Shown here piece after piece: positions 23,401 through 36,417 of a DNA stretch of 64,000 nt (the first letter of the stretch is position 1; each line of letters opens with the position of its first letter). This DNA is from Lingula anatina (Eukaryota; Animalia; Brachiopoda), in NCBI GenBank assembly GCA_051362555.1, contig CM120645.1:21762001-21826000 (forward strand). Direction: 5' to 3'. The position numbers and the translations under genes were made by a program. The notes under the pieces are model-generated. The model ran no database searches, was not told the DNA's origin, and worked only from the letters and a program-made list of their open reading frames with translations.

Positions 23401-24734
23401 ATGATCAGATCAATTGCCCTTTGTCTTGTTTTGATGGCGGTGTCACTATGTGCAGTCGATGGTGCCCGTAAGTACAAAAATTTTTTACATTATTATTTCA
23501 AAGATGGATGATATGCTTTCAAGTTGTCATGACTGGCAAAGGAGAAGTCAAACCTTTGAAAATATTGGAAGATGTTCACAATGCAAAGCAAATTATATTT
23601 AGTCATATGGTCTAGTCGATGTTATTTAGAAAAGCAAACGTCATTTTATTAGTCTCTATTTCGACAGCATAATGATTTTAAACATTTTACAGTTCGGCCT
23701 TAAATTATAATTCTTTCCATGTGATCCGACATGTACTAAATTCACGGCCTACCAGTTTGCAATTATAATAACAATAATAATGATCAAATTATTCAACCAT
23801 TGTTAGCCTAAATTTATTGTAAAAAAAATACACATAAAAACGGAATCTTTTTCACCATCTTGGATTTATGCATGATTAAATAAATGAAAAGAAAAAAGTT
23901 TAGAGTAATCGGTAAAAATAATGTCATACTATTAAAGAGAGATGTAGCGGTTGGATAAAAACTTCAAAGCAATTTGCTTCGTCTAAAAGATAAAAGTCTA
24001 CATTTGAAAAGTTCATACGCAGAGTGAGCAATCTTTAATAATCTTTGCTGTTTTGGAAGCCACCCTTTCCATATAAATGCTTCTAAGAGCGGGGGAATCA
24101 AGTTTATGCTTGACACGGTAGACATGCTTCGTAGTTGACTTACTCCATTTTGTACTCAACAAACATTTGAATTTCCTCTTTGGATTCGATATTAAGTACC
24201 ATTAGGAAAAGAGGAGGGGTTGGAACCTACATACTTTTCGAGATATATGGAGAATGAGACAATCGTGAGAACCATCTGAAGTAATGTGACGAGAACTTAT
24301 GAAAATTTAGAGTTCCTATATCCTCGTAAAGACAAAATATTCTGTCATTTCTTGAAAGGTAAACCGTCAACTGCTCATGCTTTAGCCAATTAACGAAATT
24401 TTACTCTGTCTATTAATTCTGCCTTTTTATTTTATAGCAACGGCCGATATGCCACATTTATGCGGGAACGATACAAGGTGCTGCAGGATTGACAAAAACA
24501 ACGTGACTCGTTGCAAGAATACCCCTAGTCCAAATAGCCAAGGTATTGCACCTTGCCCCAAGCCCTGGTCCTGTATTTGTGCTGAAGGATACGCATTAGA
24601 CCCTTGTTCTGAAGAAGACATTTGCGTTCTAGGTAGGTGGAGGAGGTGAGAACTTTCATAACAAAGTCTGTTGCATAAAGTGCATTTGCAAATAATACAA
24701 TCATTTATCGATGCATTGCAACAATTTTGTGTGT

Positions 24735-24769
<35 letters not shown>

Positions 24770-25288
24770 AAACAACGCGTATTGTAATCTTAGATTAAAA
24801 ACTGAATATTGTAACAAAGAAGCTTGCTATACAGTTTTTATTCTTTTTGTAACGAGTACCCCCTTTTTTTCTCTTGGTATTATTCAACATAAAATGTTTC
24901 TCCTGGTCTGTTTTTTACCCATGATTGCACTTATATAATCACCAAACAATAGTTATCATGGAATCCCATATATTTTTCACTGCAGCTCTAATGATGACAC
25001 CCCCACTTTCATTATTCGGCTGACTTTTGGTTGTGTATAATATTGCTTTCTTCTTTTTTTTTCTGCTAGAGCCACTGGCATGCCGTAAGTATAACGTAAA
25101 ACTTAGAATAATGTGACATGTAGTTTGCTTCCCATGTATAACTTACTGCAAGCTAATTTAATTCTGATTTTTATTATAATTGAAAAATTGATTGCGGTAG
25201 TGGATATTAGCTTACGGTCCACGTTTTAAAAGTAGGCTCGTTCAAAAAGTTTAGCAAATAGATGAACATTTGATATGATGGGGACTTG

Positions 25289-25330
<42 letters not shown>

Positions 25331-25689
25331 GTGTGTGTGTTTTGATGTTAACAGAGGTAAGTTCTTTACTCATATGTGCTGGCATATGTGCATAGTTCAT
25401 TTGTATGTATAATACTGATGAAGCTTTTATAATATATCTCTTGTTATCAATTTTCAGCTGAACTTCCAACACAGTGTCGTAAGTATGATATCTTTTAAAC
25501 ACTTACCAGTGTGTAGAAAAAGAAAACAGAAAGGAAAAACGATCTTATATCAAGTTGTTTGTGGTCTCATAGCTACGTAGCTTACCGTTATGCTTTTCCA
25601 AATGTTTACTTACTGTCTATTAAGTATATTATGTTTTTACATAATAAAATTAAAATTATTAAAAAATCATTTTATATCCACGTTTTAAA

Positions 25690-25723
<34 letters not shown>

Positions 25724-26247
25724 GCTCTTACAGAATCCATTTTCCTATATGTATTATATAATGGCTGAATAAATTAATATAAGTACGTAAAATGTTCATT
25801 TTGGTGGGCAATGTGAAAGTTAAAATATGCTAGTTTTTTGTTTATTTGTCACTTTCAGCGGATGTTCAACAAGTCACGTGTGATGGTACAGCTTACAACT
25901 TTTCCGGCAGCTATCAATATGTCGGCACTGGTCTGGCACCGTTGCGATACTACATCATCTACTCCGGGTGCAACGATGTCATTATATCCACATGTAACAC
26001 CGCCGACTTCGACACAAAGCTGGCTATTTTTGAATGTGATGCGTTGTCTAATATTGTATCCCGTGGGAGTCAGATATGCAACATCTTCCAAGAGTTCAGT
26101 CTGTACTATTACGACGACGACAGAAGGTGTTCTGGTCGCACCACTTTGATTCAGATTCCCAGAGGAGGGCTAGCCAGTGGAACATATGCAATAAGTGTAT
26201 ACGGGTTCAACGTTGGAGGGACCTTTACGGTCTCTATCACTTGTTAG
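23401..26247 (+). CDS. Secreted protein (~228 aa): signal peptide + EGF-like domain + micro-exon linker + PPC-like beta-sandwich domain
   Basis: Exons 23401-23467 (MIRSIALCLVLMAVSLCAVDGA), 24438-24632 (Cys-rich, ...WSCICAEGYALDP...C), 25070-25084, 25458-25478 and 25859-26247 (...ISTCNTADFDTKLAIF...DDDRRCSG...LASGTYAISVYGFNVGGTFTVSITC*). All introns are phase 1 and GT-AG. AATAAA at 26465. Confidence 0.8.
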
Positions 26248-26523
26248 AGATTTCACGGTCGTTGAGCGCAACCAAGAAATTGAACTGTATACAGGCATGA
26301 TCCGCTCGAGAATAACTGAATTGCCAGAGACTGCATTTGTATTCCAGATTATATCAAGTTTATCGTAAAGACCAAATCACTGAAATACTTGTATCCAGCT
26401 GATCGAATGAAAAATGATGAATTATAAAAGTTGAGATGAAGATTATACCCTTACATAAGCCATTAATAAATCTCTGCCAATTCACTGATAGTTTTTATAT
26501 TTTCTCTCCAAATAATGAATAAT

Positions 26524-26530
<7 letters not shown>

Positions 26531-26575
<45 letters not shown>

Positions 26576-28205
26576 TTATTTGCTAAAATCGCAACCCAAA
26601 GGTTGAAGTTTTACAATGTGTCATAAATAAAATCATAAGGTATTTAAAAGTAACTAAAAATTATAAACTAAAAGACCAAAGCTTTAAAACAAGACTTATA
26701 AGACAGTTTGGAGCAGTATTTAACATAAAATTTAAAATACTGTGCATTATAAAAGATGATTTAAAACGATTGTTTTAATAATTTTAATTTTTATTATGTT
26801 AAAACATAATATACTAAATAAATCCGTTTTCACTTTTGGTATTAAAATTTTGTTGCTGACCTTGAGATTTCTTGGGTTCTTTTCTTTAAACAGATGGTGT
26901 AGCTTATTAAAATTCTTGATTTTTGTAAAAAAAAGTTCTTAAGTAAAACGTCTCTTCTCTCCTTCAGAAAGGTGAGATTACTAGCCTGTAGGGCATCCTT
27001 GTAAGTATAAAATTGGTAAATAATTCTAAGCATTCACATTGTTCGGCTGTAAGACCAGGCCCCCACACAGGACATTATAGATTGATAGGCCCCCACACAG
27101 GGCATGCTTATTCGAGGACTGATCTAATTATAGATTGATAGGCCCCCACACAGGGCATGCATATTCGAGGACTGATCTAATTATAGATTGATATATAACT
27201 ATTAGATCCTCAGTGGCCAGATTTGCCCTTTTCAACTGCCTGAGATAAAAAAAAAAGCTTGGCACAAGACTTGGAATAAATAAACTGCACATGTTCTGTC
27301 CACTTGAGAACAGGGGTCAGAGTTACTCCTAGTAGCTTAAATTTACTCACTTTTTCTACAATTTCTCCATCTACCAATAGTGTTGGTGTGGTATCTATAC
27401 ATTTGGTAAAGTTAAAATCCATACATTTTGTCTTCTTTACATTTAATTTCATATTGTTTTTTCTAACCCAATTTTCAAGTTGCTCTATTGCCTGTGGAAT
27501 TAGTGACTTTTGGCCAAACTGACAAATTTCATAAATAGATGTGTCATCAACAAATTTTATATCTGGGCAGCAGGTTTTTAGATCATTTATCATTGCTATA
27601 AACAGGATTGGACCTAACTTTGTCCCCTGAGGTACCCCTCCGTTAAGCTGGGCCCAGTCAGATTTACACTGACCACATTTCACTCTCTGATACCTTTGGC
27701 ATAAAAAGGAGTAAATCCACTTCCTAATAAACTCTGGAATCCCTTGACTGCCCAGTTTTTCAATTAAGATGCTGTGGTCTATTCTGTCAAATGCCTTAGA
27801 AAAATCTAAAAATAAAACTTTTGAATAAGATTTGGTTTTAGCAGATGGTTCAAGACCTTCTAGTATTTTGTGAGTCAGCTCTACTACGTGGGTAGTAGAG
27901 CTATTTTTGACTACTCCAAATTGGGACTTATCGATTTGCAGGCCACTCATCACTTATTTTGCCACAAATGACTCCAATATTTTACTCAACACTGGTGTAA
28001 GCCATATTGATCAGCCTCTATCACATTTGGTTGGTTAACTTTTGGGACAGGGATTACTGTGCAGATTTCCAAGTGTCAGGTACATATCCCTCTCTGATAG
28101 AGCTATTAAAAATTGCGCACAAGGGCTTGGACAAATCTCTGATGAAAAAGTTAAGTATAGGGTTTTTTTTCAATCACTCAGAGGTACATGCAGTTTCATT
28201 TATAT
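26531..28205 (-). mobile_element. 5'-truncated, decayed LINE (CR1/L2-group) reverse-transcriptase fragment with (TAT)n tail
   Basis: ORF 27210-27953 carries RT motifs (FLDFSKAFDRIDH, GVPQGTKLGPILF, KFVDD, KLLGV). The 3' end reads AATAAA followed by (TTA)n at 26531-26580. Frameshifts and an internal duplication lie at 27055-27195. Confidence 0.9.
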
Positions 28206-28732
28206 AAGCCCCCCCCCCCCCCCCCCCCACTGATGACTTACCGGCCCTAAGAGTATAAATCAGTAATTTGTCACTGAAAGCCCACCAGGCACTTAAAATC
28301 ATAAGGTCATTTATCCACAAGGAGTCTATCGTGCGTAGATATATCTTAATGTGTTTCTGTTTTAATAAATTATAATTGCGAAGCTAGTTATTGTCTTAGG
28401 TGCCGTTTGCCTTCCTTATATATAAACTCGACTTGAGAAGAAAGAAAGTGCAAGGTCCATCTTTCAAAGAAGTTGATAGTTTATTAATAAAATTGAAACC
28501 CATGGGTTTAAGTTACGGGGGGTATATAGTTGCTTAAATTTGTTTAATTTTCAACTTTGTTTGAAAAAATTGTCCGCGTTCGACGGATTACATTCCCGAA
28601 ATATGGTGAAACAATCAAGCATTTTACGTAAAAAACTTCACAATTGACAATTTTTGGGGATATAGAGACATTCACGAATATCCCAAAATGGTCGGCAAAT
28701 ACAAATTTGGCATCAATAATACAATTATCATA

Positions 28733-29520
28733 CAGACTTGACATTTAATATGGAATATTTTCTCCAAATCATAATTCATCAGTTTTTTTCCTATTTTGCT
28801 GACTGATATATGAAAATAAGGATTAAAATCGTGTTTTAAAAACTTCTGATAATCTGTTCGATGTCATTTTGACATCAGTGTATTAATTGAATTCGCCAGT
28901 GAAGCAAGCAAAAATGCATTGCCTATTTTAAGTCATACGACAACCATTGAGAGCGATATATTGGATCTCCATATTTTTCAAATTATCGTCTTTAAAAGAG
29001 TTACACACCCCACAAAGGCCCCTCATGTCAGTGTCTAGTCACAGCAATGGTCTCTGTTACGCCGACCTCATCTTGCTGCTACCAGAGCTTTCAAGCGGCA
29101 AGGCATTCCTTAGGATAAGTTTTTAGAGTTTAATCCGGAATAAAATTCCAGAAAACGGTTAAAACTTGTCCAATTTGGTTCAGATTTGTTGTAGGACATG
29201 CCGGCCGTTGATTTGGCAAGTAATGACCTACCCACATATTGGCTATGTGGTTCAAATATGGCGATTTTGATGACCTAGGTTGCTGCTCATTCTCTTGGTT
29301 CTGTACGTTATCTGATATTAAAAGTGCTCTGTGTGAACCGTCAAAGACATCGTGCAACCTAAAATTGTTCCTAAGGTGCCCCCTATCAAATGATGGTCAA
29401 GTGGTTCCCAGACATTTCGATACAGATATCTTATTTGAGATATGAGTTTTTTGAAAAAAGAACGCATTTACCTAGGTATACCTTTAAAACTGACATATTC
29501 CATATTAAATGTGAAGTCTG
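28733..29520. mobile_element. Tc1/mariner-type MITE with TA TSD
   Basis: TA|CAGACTTGACATTTAATATGGAATAT ... ATATTCCATATTAAATGTGAAGTCTG|TA; 26-bp TIR with 1 mismatch. Confidence 0.8.
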
Positions 29521-29905
29521 TAGCTTTTTAACTTTATACTAATTTAATAATAACTTTAATCTCGCTGGCGCAGGGTGAAAAATACCTGTGTATATATAAT
29601 AACCCCATCTGACGCCACTGCATAAAGCACACAATAGCAATACAAAGGACAAAGCATTTACAACGTCCCGCTGGAGTATCGAGCATTGCCACAAGGACGT
29701 GTTACATGTAGTAGAAGATTGTAAAATAAAAAAACAGCAAAGGTCATTGAATATATTTATATTTGTATACTATGAATATTTCACTACATAACAGAATTAT
29801 GATAAAGAACAATATAAACAAAACTATATTACTTTTTATCATTAATACCGAAACACGTTTGGATGTCATTATAATTTTTCTGAGTTAACGTGCTGAAATA
29901 ATATA

Positions 29906-30167
29906 CAGTGGCGGATTTAGAGGGGGGTCAGGGAGGTTTTGACGCCCCTTTCATATCTGGTTCCCTCTTGAAATTAGAATTTAGACTAGCCGAATCATAG
30001 TTCTTCACCGTACCAAAAGACATCGTTCGCCCTCTAAAATACAGAAAATTTTCGGGGCCCTTCAGCTGGTCCCGAACCCCACGTCAAGTTGGGGGGAGGG
30101 AGTTGCGGCTTCGCATCCGCGGACCCCCTCCCCCCTCCCCCTTCAAATAATCCTGGATCCGGCCCTG
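29906..30167. mobile_element. MITE with GGCGGAT...GGATCCGGCCCTG termini; homologous copy at about 54540-54790
   Basis: Both copies share aaattagaattt.gacta, cttc.gc...ccgaacccc, tcgcatccgcggacccc and the terminal ggatcc(g)gccc. Confidence 0.7.
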
Positions 30168-30168
30168 A

Positions 30169-30208
<40 letters not shown>

Positions 30209-30563
30209 CTGACAGGATAAATGTTCACTGGAGCACATATTACATATCATTTGCTTATTCAAACCCTTTTTCCATTATCGCTAACGGACTGACTGCCCTC
30301 TGGAAAAATACTTTAAAATGTCTCAGAAGTAGGGGCAGCACAACCAAGGGATTTTGATACTCTGGCTATAAAAGACGCATTTCTGTAACAAAGTCAACAA
30401 GAAAAGACATGTCAATGATTATGTTTTTGCAATTCGACTATCTGAGTGAAAATGAACCCCCGTCAAATGTGTTGTACTCGTTCGTTACGGTCAAACTATC
30501 ACTCTATATAGCACATCCAAATTCTAATCGGCAATGGTCTTCACAGCTTTTGTCTTTACAAGT

Positions 30564-32445
30564 TTAATCAAACTTCTTTATCTTCATGACGGCCCAACTA
30601 AGAAGGGAACTCTCGTTGTAGTTATTACTACCAGGCAAACCGTTATGCTTAAACCAGTGGAAACAGTGCTTCTCACACTCTCCTGGAAAGGCCATCTTGG
30701 CTGTTAGAGCGACCAAGGTGCACTGATTGTACCACCAACCCCCATGGAATCCACTGGCACAGTATACTGCATTCTTGTCATAGGTAGAAAACGGCATGTT
30801 AAAATTGAGGGGCCAAACGTCTTCAACACTCAAATTTCCAGAACCTGGCAACAATTTGTGCAACACATATTTCTGGGATTCTGATCCAATGCAAAAACCG
30901 TGCTGGATTTCCCAGTAGTAATTGCCAGTGGACAGGCTCCTTACTTCGACCATTAAGGAGTAGTTTCCCTGGTTGGTGAGATGATGAAACGCTTCCAGTC
31001 CCAGCCAGTGGTCGCCGGCAACGTCACCAAATCCGTCACGATAATCCACCCAGGGCCTAAATAGGCAGTGATCAAAAAAGACCGTCGTAAACTTGTATTA
31101 ATATGCAAAATTCACGTGAAAAGCACGTGTTGCAAATAAGACAACAATCTATTTTTCCTTATAAATGCAAAAATATGAAAATAGTCCTAAAATTAAAAAC
31201 ATATATTATTTTTTCTTAATCTATTTATTTTTCTTAAAATTATATTATAAGATGATAAAAGTGACAACCATCGTTATAATTAATTAACAAAGCTAAAATA
31301 TAGAATTGACAACTAATATGCTATTTGTATAAATGTATCTTAATTATAAATTATCTTAACGATAACCAACGCCAGTACATCCCCGGGTAGAGGTATTCGA
31401 TAATTACCTTGCGAAGTCCAGCTCTGCCCCCGTTCTACGCATTAATACCGTCCATCCCTTCTCACAGTACACTTTAATGTTTCTTCTCATAGAACGTAAA
31501 TGGATGTATCGTGTTCCATCTGACCCATCTAAACAGTTATTACTATTATTATTATTATCATCATTATTATTATTATATTTATCAAAGTCTATATTTACCA
31601 AATCAATAAAATAATAAAATTAAAACCCTGAAATTCAAAATAAATCTCATGATCCTTAGGGTGTAAATGGAACTTCAAGATTTAGCTAGTTCATAGACGA
31701 TGATAATAGAGATAGAGTATGCATACCCTATAAAACGTTTTCAAACCTTTTTTGTCATTTTTTGCCCTAATATTAGTATTAATCAATCATACCGAAGATA
31801 ACAATAAAATAACTTACTATAATCACCACAGTCCCTTGGCATCTGAAACAACAAAGAAAATAATACCTTGAGTTCATTTTACATACATTACAAAAATAAA
31901 CAAAATGCATTTTCCAATAAGCGATTATATATGGAACTTCGGCGGTAAAACAACAGACTCTGTTTAGCAAGGAAGCAAATAAAAATAATTATAGGCTTTT
32001 GATTATAATAGGTCAAGAATACAAAGCCAAGATTGAAGATAAATTTGAATTTAGTCCTTTGTTCCTTTTTATACTATTGCAATGGCACACGCTATCACTT
32101 CAATACTCTACTTACTTTCATGAAGTGCTGACTTTCATCATCGTCTTCGAGTAACTCCAAATTTGGTGAAAAATCTGCCACAGAATTCAGTTCACACACG
32201 GTATTATCGTACCGTATATTAAATGACATACAGTCTGGATTTCTCTGGCATTCAGCCGCACATTCTATTTTATCAACTCCGGATTCCAGTTTTTTGGTTT
32301 TCAGTAAGGAATTAGGTAAAAATTTCCCCTGTATGGAGTGGAACATACCGGTATGTGTAATTACCCCGTTTGATACCATTGTAAAACAGACGATTGCCAT
32401 GCAAACGGCAAAGCACCCGCAACGTCCTGCTCGAGTATCGGACAT
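30564..32445 (-). CDS. PAN/Apple + fibrinogen C-terminal (FReD) protein, copy A (322 aa, apparently intact)
   Basis: Exons 32445-32116 (signal peptide + PAN: IECAAECQRNPDCMSFN...CELNS), 31842-31818 (MPRDCGDY), 31528-31408 (VYCEKGWTVLMRR) and 31056-30564 (WVDYRDGFGD...HWLGLE...FSTYD...GGWWY...MKIK*); 969 nt, in frame. Confidence 0.88.
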
Positions 32446-33733
32446 GTCTACAGGGATGAAGAGCATCTACTGATAAAAACGTAAAATGAAAAACAAAAAA
32501 GGCCATTGAATATATGTACATTTGTGTACTATGAATATTTCATAAGATCAGTGACGAGAATGGAGTTAACGACGATTGATAATCGTTTGAAAACAACACA
32601 ATTTATAATTGTATTATTGATTTATAGGGTGAAATCGCCTCGTGTATTCCCCAGGAGGTTGTGTTTTCCACCCACGAACACAACTCCAGAGATCCAGGTC
32701 AACCGAAGACATAAGCTACCCAACAATTGTTATTATACCGATATTTGTAAAGGCATGCACCTGTATAGGCCTACATGATTTGTTCAGGTTTTAACGACAA
32801 AGGCATTTTTTCTGCTGGAAACTTATATTTGCAAAGGAGCTAAGAGCCCCGACACTTCGGTGTCGACCGACGATAAATGGCAGATAAATAGCATTGTGAC
32901 ACAAAGCAAAGATTCAGCGGAACAAAACAAACAGTGAAAATGTAATCTTCAGCGAATGTTTTGCACCGACACGCTTGAAACAGTTGGGGCAGGAGAGCAA
33001 AATATGAATTGCGTGAAATGGGTTTCTCCTGTAATTAACTGCAGGAAAAATGAAAATATAATTAAAAGTTCAGTAGCGGGATTTGATATCATGCATTCTT
33101 TTAATACTACTCTTTTTTTTCGAATGATTCGTGCCAGTGGTTTAATATCTTCACTTGCTAATCATCTATAAAGCTAAACCAGTTTTCCTTTATGGTATTT
33201 TCTCTCAAAAGTATTTTTCTTAAATATAAGTAATGAATCATTGTTTGATCCGTCCCTGCTTTTGAATGCAGTGTGTAATACCATTTTTTATCAATTAATT
33301 CATTTTTAAATGACTGGACATCAACGATGAGGAAGATGCTAAATTAAGGGCTAAAATTAGACAGATAAGATAAATCAAATTAACTACAAACTTTGTTCCT
33401 AGAAAATTGTTTCTGAAGTTTTTGAGCCTTCAGGGTACACGCACTAGAAGTTCAAACAGTTTCTCCACTGATCGATGACACTTAGTACCATGGATTATAC
33501 TATAATCTCAAATTCCCGGCTTTTGAAATTCTATTCAACATTTTTCCTAATGGCAAATAATGTAAAGTGGGGTTGGCAAATTGTAGCTCTTTTAGGCATT
33601 TGTATTTGTTGTAGATATAAAGAGGCATGTTGTCTCTAAAGGCCCTTAAATAATGCATAACTTTAAAAAGATATACATCCCTGAGATACACGTAATGAGC
33701 AGCGAAAGTTTAAAAAGCAGCTCTGTACTAGTA

Positions 33734-35842
33734 CATGGTGAGACCCCCCCCCCCCCAAAAAAAAAAAAAAAAAAAAAAAAAACCTAAAAATTTTAATAAA
33801 TCCTACAAAGATCCATCAAATTTCAAGAAATTTGCTGGATTTTAACTTCGATATGTGCATGATCATTCTCCAAAGTTTCAAATTTTCAGTTATCTTGGTC
33901 ATTTTGTATAAAAGTTATATTCGTTTTAAAAATATATGACTTCCGAGGCAAACACATTTCTTTAGTAGGCTTGTTAAGGACCAAAAATTGGCCAAACGCT
34001 GCATTTTGTAGTACAAATGTCCAACTTGGCATAAATGTTCCTTGGGCCAAAAGAAAATTTTTTATCCAAAGAGACACGCTCTATCTATTAGCATAAATTA
34101 TGCAAATTAGGTGCAAAAATATATAATATTTCATATTTCCATTAATTTTTGACCTAGAAACACGTATTGATTATCAAACCTGACTAAATTAGGGACAAGG
34201 AACCCATTTTTGAACATTTGGAAGCAATTGGTGGCCATTTTGTGCCTCAAATCCAAGATGGCCGCCACCCGCCATTTTGCAAGTGGACATAATTTTGCTA
34301 TTTTATGTTGAATTTTGAAGCATTTACTCTATATATTTGACATATATATTGATTCCTACTATTTTGGGGGTGCAAAATTCATTTTTGATATTGTTTTGGT
34401 GATAGTAGGCGATTTGAAGGGACAAAGAGGGTGTTTTAAGTGCCTACCAAGATATGTGTGAACGCTGCAAAACCATGGACATTGATAACCCGTATTCAAA
34501 TATATCTCAATGCAATTTTTTGTTATATACCATCGCTATTTGACTATATTATGAGCAAAAAAACTCACTTTTACCATTATGGAGGCCATTGGTGGCCGTT
34601 TTATTCCTCAAATCCAAGATGGCCGCCAAAAACCATTTTGAAATTGGGCATAATTCGCTATTTTGAAACTATATGTATTACATCTTTGAAAATGAGTAAT
34701 ACGTCGTTTTATATTATTTTCTGGTGCAGAATGCATTATCTGTCTCATAAAATGTGAGTCCAAACTATTTTAGCCTCCAAATTCAATATACATGTAGGCT
34801 TAAGTTGTCACATAGACTTATATGTGCCATGCAGTCTAATAAGTACAAAATGTTTTATAAAATCCTAAAGAGCTTGAAACAAGTGTAAGAGACCAAAATG
34901 GCTTAATTAAAGGTAAAGAACACATACTTGGTGCTTTGGGGACAATTGGTAGCCATTTTGATCCTCAAATCCAAGATGGCCGCCAGTCATAATTTTGAAA
35001 TACGCGTAAGACATAACTCATTAATATGAATTTGAGGGATAAAATGGCCACCAATGGCTTCCATTATGGTAAAAACGAGGGGTTTTTTTTGCTCATAATT
35101 AAGTTCAATATCGATAGTATATAACAAAAAATAACATTGAAATATATTTGAATACGGGTTATCAATATCCATGGTTTTGCAGCATTCACACAAATCTTGG
35201 TAGGCACTTAAAACACCCTCTTTGTCCCTTCAAATCACCTTCTATCACCAAAACAATATCAAAAATGACTTTTGCACCCCCAAAATAGTAGGAATAGATA
35301 TATATAGCAAGTATATATAGACCAAACGCTTCAAAATTCAACAGAAAATAGCAAAATTATGTCCAATTTCAAAATGGCGGGTGGCGGCCATTTTTGGATT
35401 TGAGGCATAAAATGGCCACCAATTGCTTCCAAATGTTCAAAAATGGGTTCCTTGTCCCTAATTTAGTCAGGTTTGATAATCTATACATGCTTCTAGGCCA
35501 AAAGTTAATGGAAATATGAAATATTATATATTTTGGCACCTAATTTGCAGAATTTATGCTAATTTATGCATCGATAGAGCGTATCTCTTTGGATGAAAAA
35601 TTTTCTTTTGGCCCAAGGAACATTTATGCCAAGTTAGACATTTGTACTATAAAATGCAGCGTTTGATCCCTTAACAAGCCTACTACTTCTTCTGGATTTC
35701 CCTGACTTTTGCTGTGATTGATCCCCGCAGTTCACCAATCATTTGATGGTTGTTTTGGTACACTTTATCTTTGAGATAGGCCTACTCCCACAGAAAAAAA
35801 ATTGGGGAAGGTTTAAGTCCGGTGAATGCCGTGCCCACTCAA
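33734..35842 (-). mobile_element. Decayed Tc1/mariner fragment hosting the Academ-like insertion
   Basis: Minus strand 35840-35690 reads EWARHSPDLNLP-FFLW-YLKDKVYQNN...ELRGSITAKVREI, resembling the WPxxSPDLNP motif of Tc1/mariner transposases. It continues at 33959 after the nested element and ends at TA|CATGGTG (33732-33740). Confidence 0.7.
33963..35685. mobile_element. Non-autonomous element with ~650-bp TIRs, TAG...CTA termini and 3-bp TSD (Academ-like)
   Basis: TIRs at ~33963-34620 and ~35030-35685. CTT at 33960-33962 and 35686-35688. Internal repeats of cctcaaatccaagatggccgcc. The superfamily call rests on termini and TSD only. Confidence 0.8.
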
Positions 35843-35844
35843 TA

Positions 35845-35985
35845 TAATTTGGAATTTGGTAAAAATTTCCCCTGTATGGAGTGTTCCGGTGTATGTAATA
35901 ACTGCATTTGATGCCATTGTAAAACAGACGATTGCCATGCAAACGGCAAAGCACCTTCAACGTCCTGCTCGAGCATCGGACATGT
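35845..35985 (-). pseudogene. PAN-FReD copy B: truncated first coding exon
   Basis: 35850-36445 is colinear with copy A 32310-32710 (MSDARAGR..CFAVCMAIVCFTMASN). It has small deletions and ends at the Tc1 fragment. Confidence 0.85.
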
Positions 35986-36223
35986 TTACAGGGATGAGGG
36001 CCATCAACTGATAGATCGTATAATGAAAAAAAGGGTCACTGAATATATGTACATTTGTGTACTTTGAATATTTCATTACATCTGTGAAGAGAATGGAGTT
36101 AACGACGATTGATTATCATTTGAAAACAATACAATTTACAGTTGTATTATTGATTAATGAGGTAAAATGGCCTAGCTTGCGTATTCCCCGATCGAGTATT
36201 CTACACAAGAACACAACTGGAGA

Positions 36224-36417
36224 CCCTTAGCAAAATGAAAAGTTTGCCGCAATATTGCGGCAATATGGCTGCAGTATTGCAGCAAACTTAAGTTTGCAGC
36301 AACGAGTTTGCAGGCGTAGCCAAGAACAATTTATTGCTGCTAATTTGCAGCCATATTGTAGCAAATGTGCTGCAAATTCGCTGCGCATTTGCAGCAGCAC
36401 TGATATTCTGCTAAGGG
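36224..36417. mobile_element. CCC...GGG MITE with internal GCAGC-rich subrepeats (CACTA/EnSpm-like)
   Basis: TIR cccttagcaaaat / attctgctaaggg. It is absent at the paralogous sites near 32690 and 36685. Confidence 0.7.

Noticed and set aside
33963-35685. Polinton/Maverick (AGTAG termini, long TIRs)
   Set aside because: There is no 6-bp TSD; TAG...CTA with a 3-bp CTT duplication fits better, and there are no viral genes.
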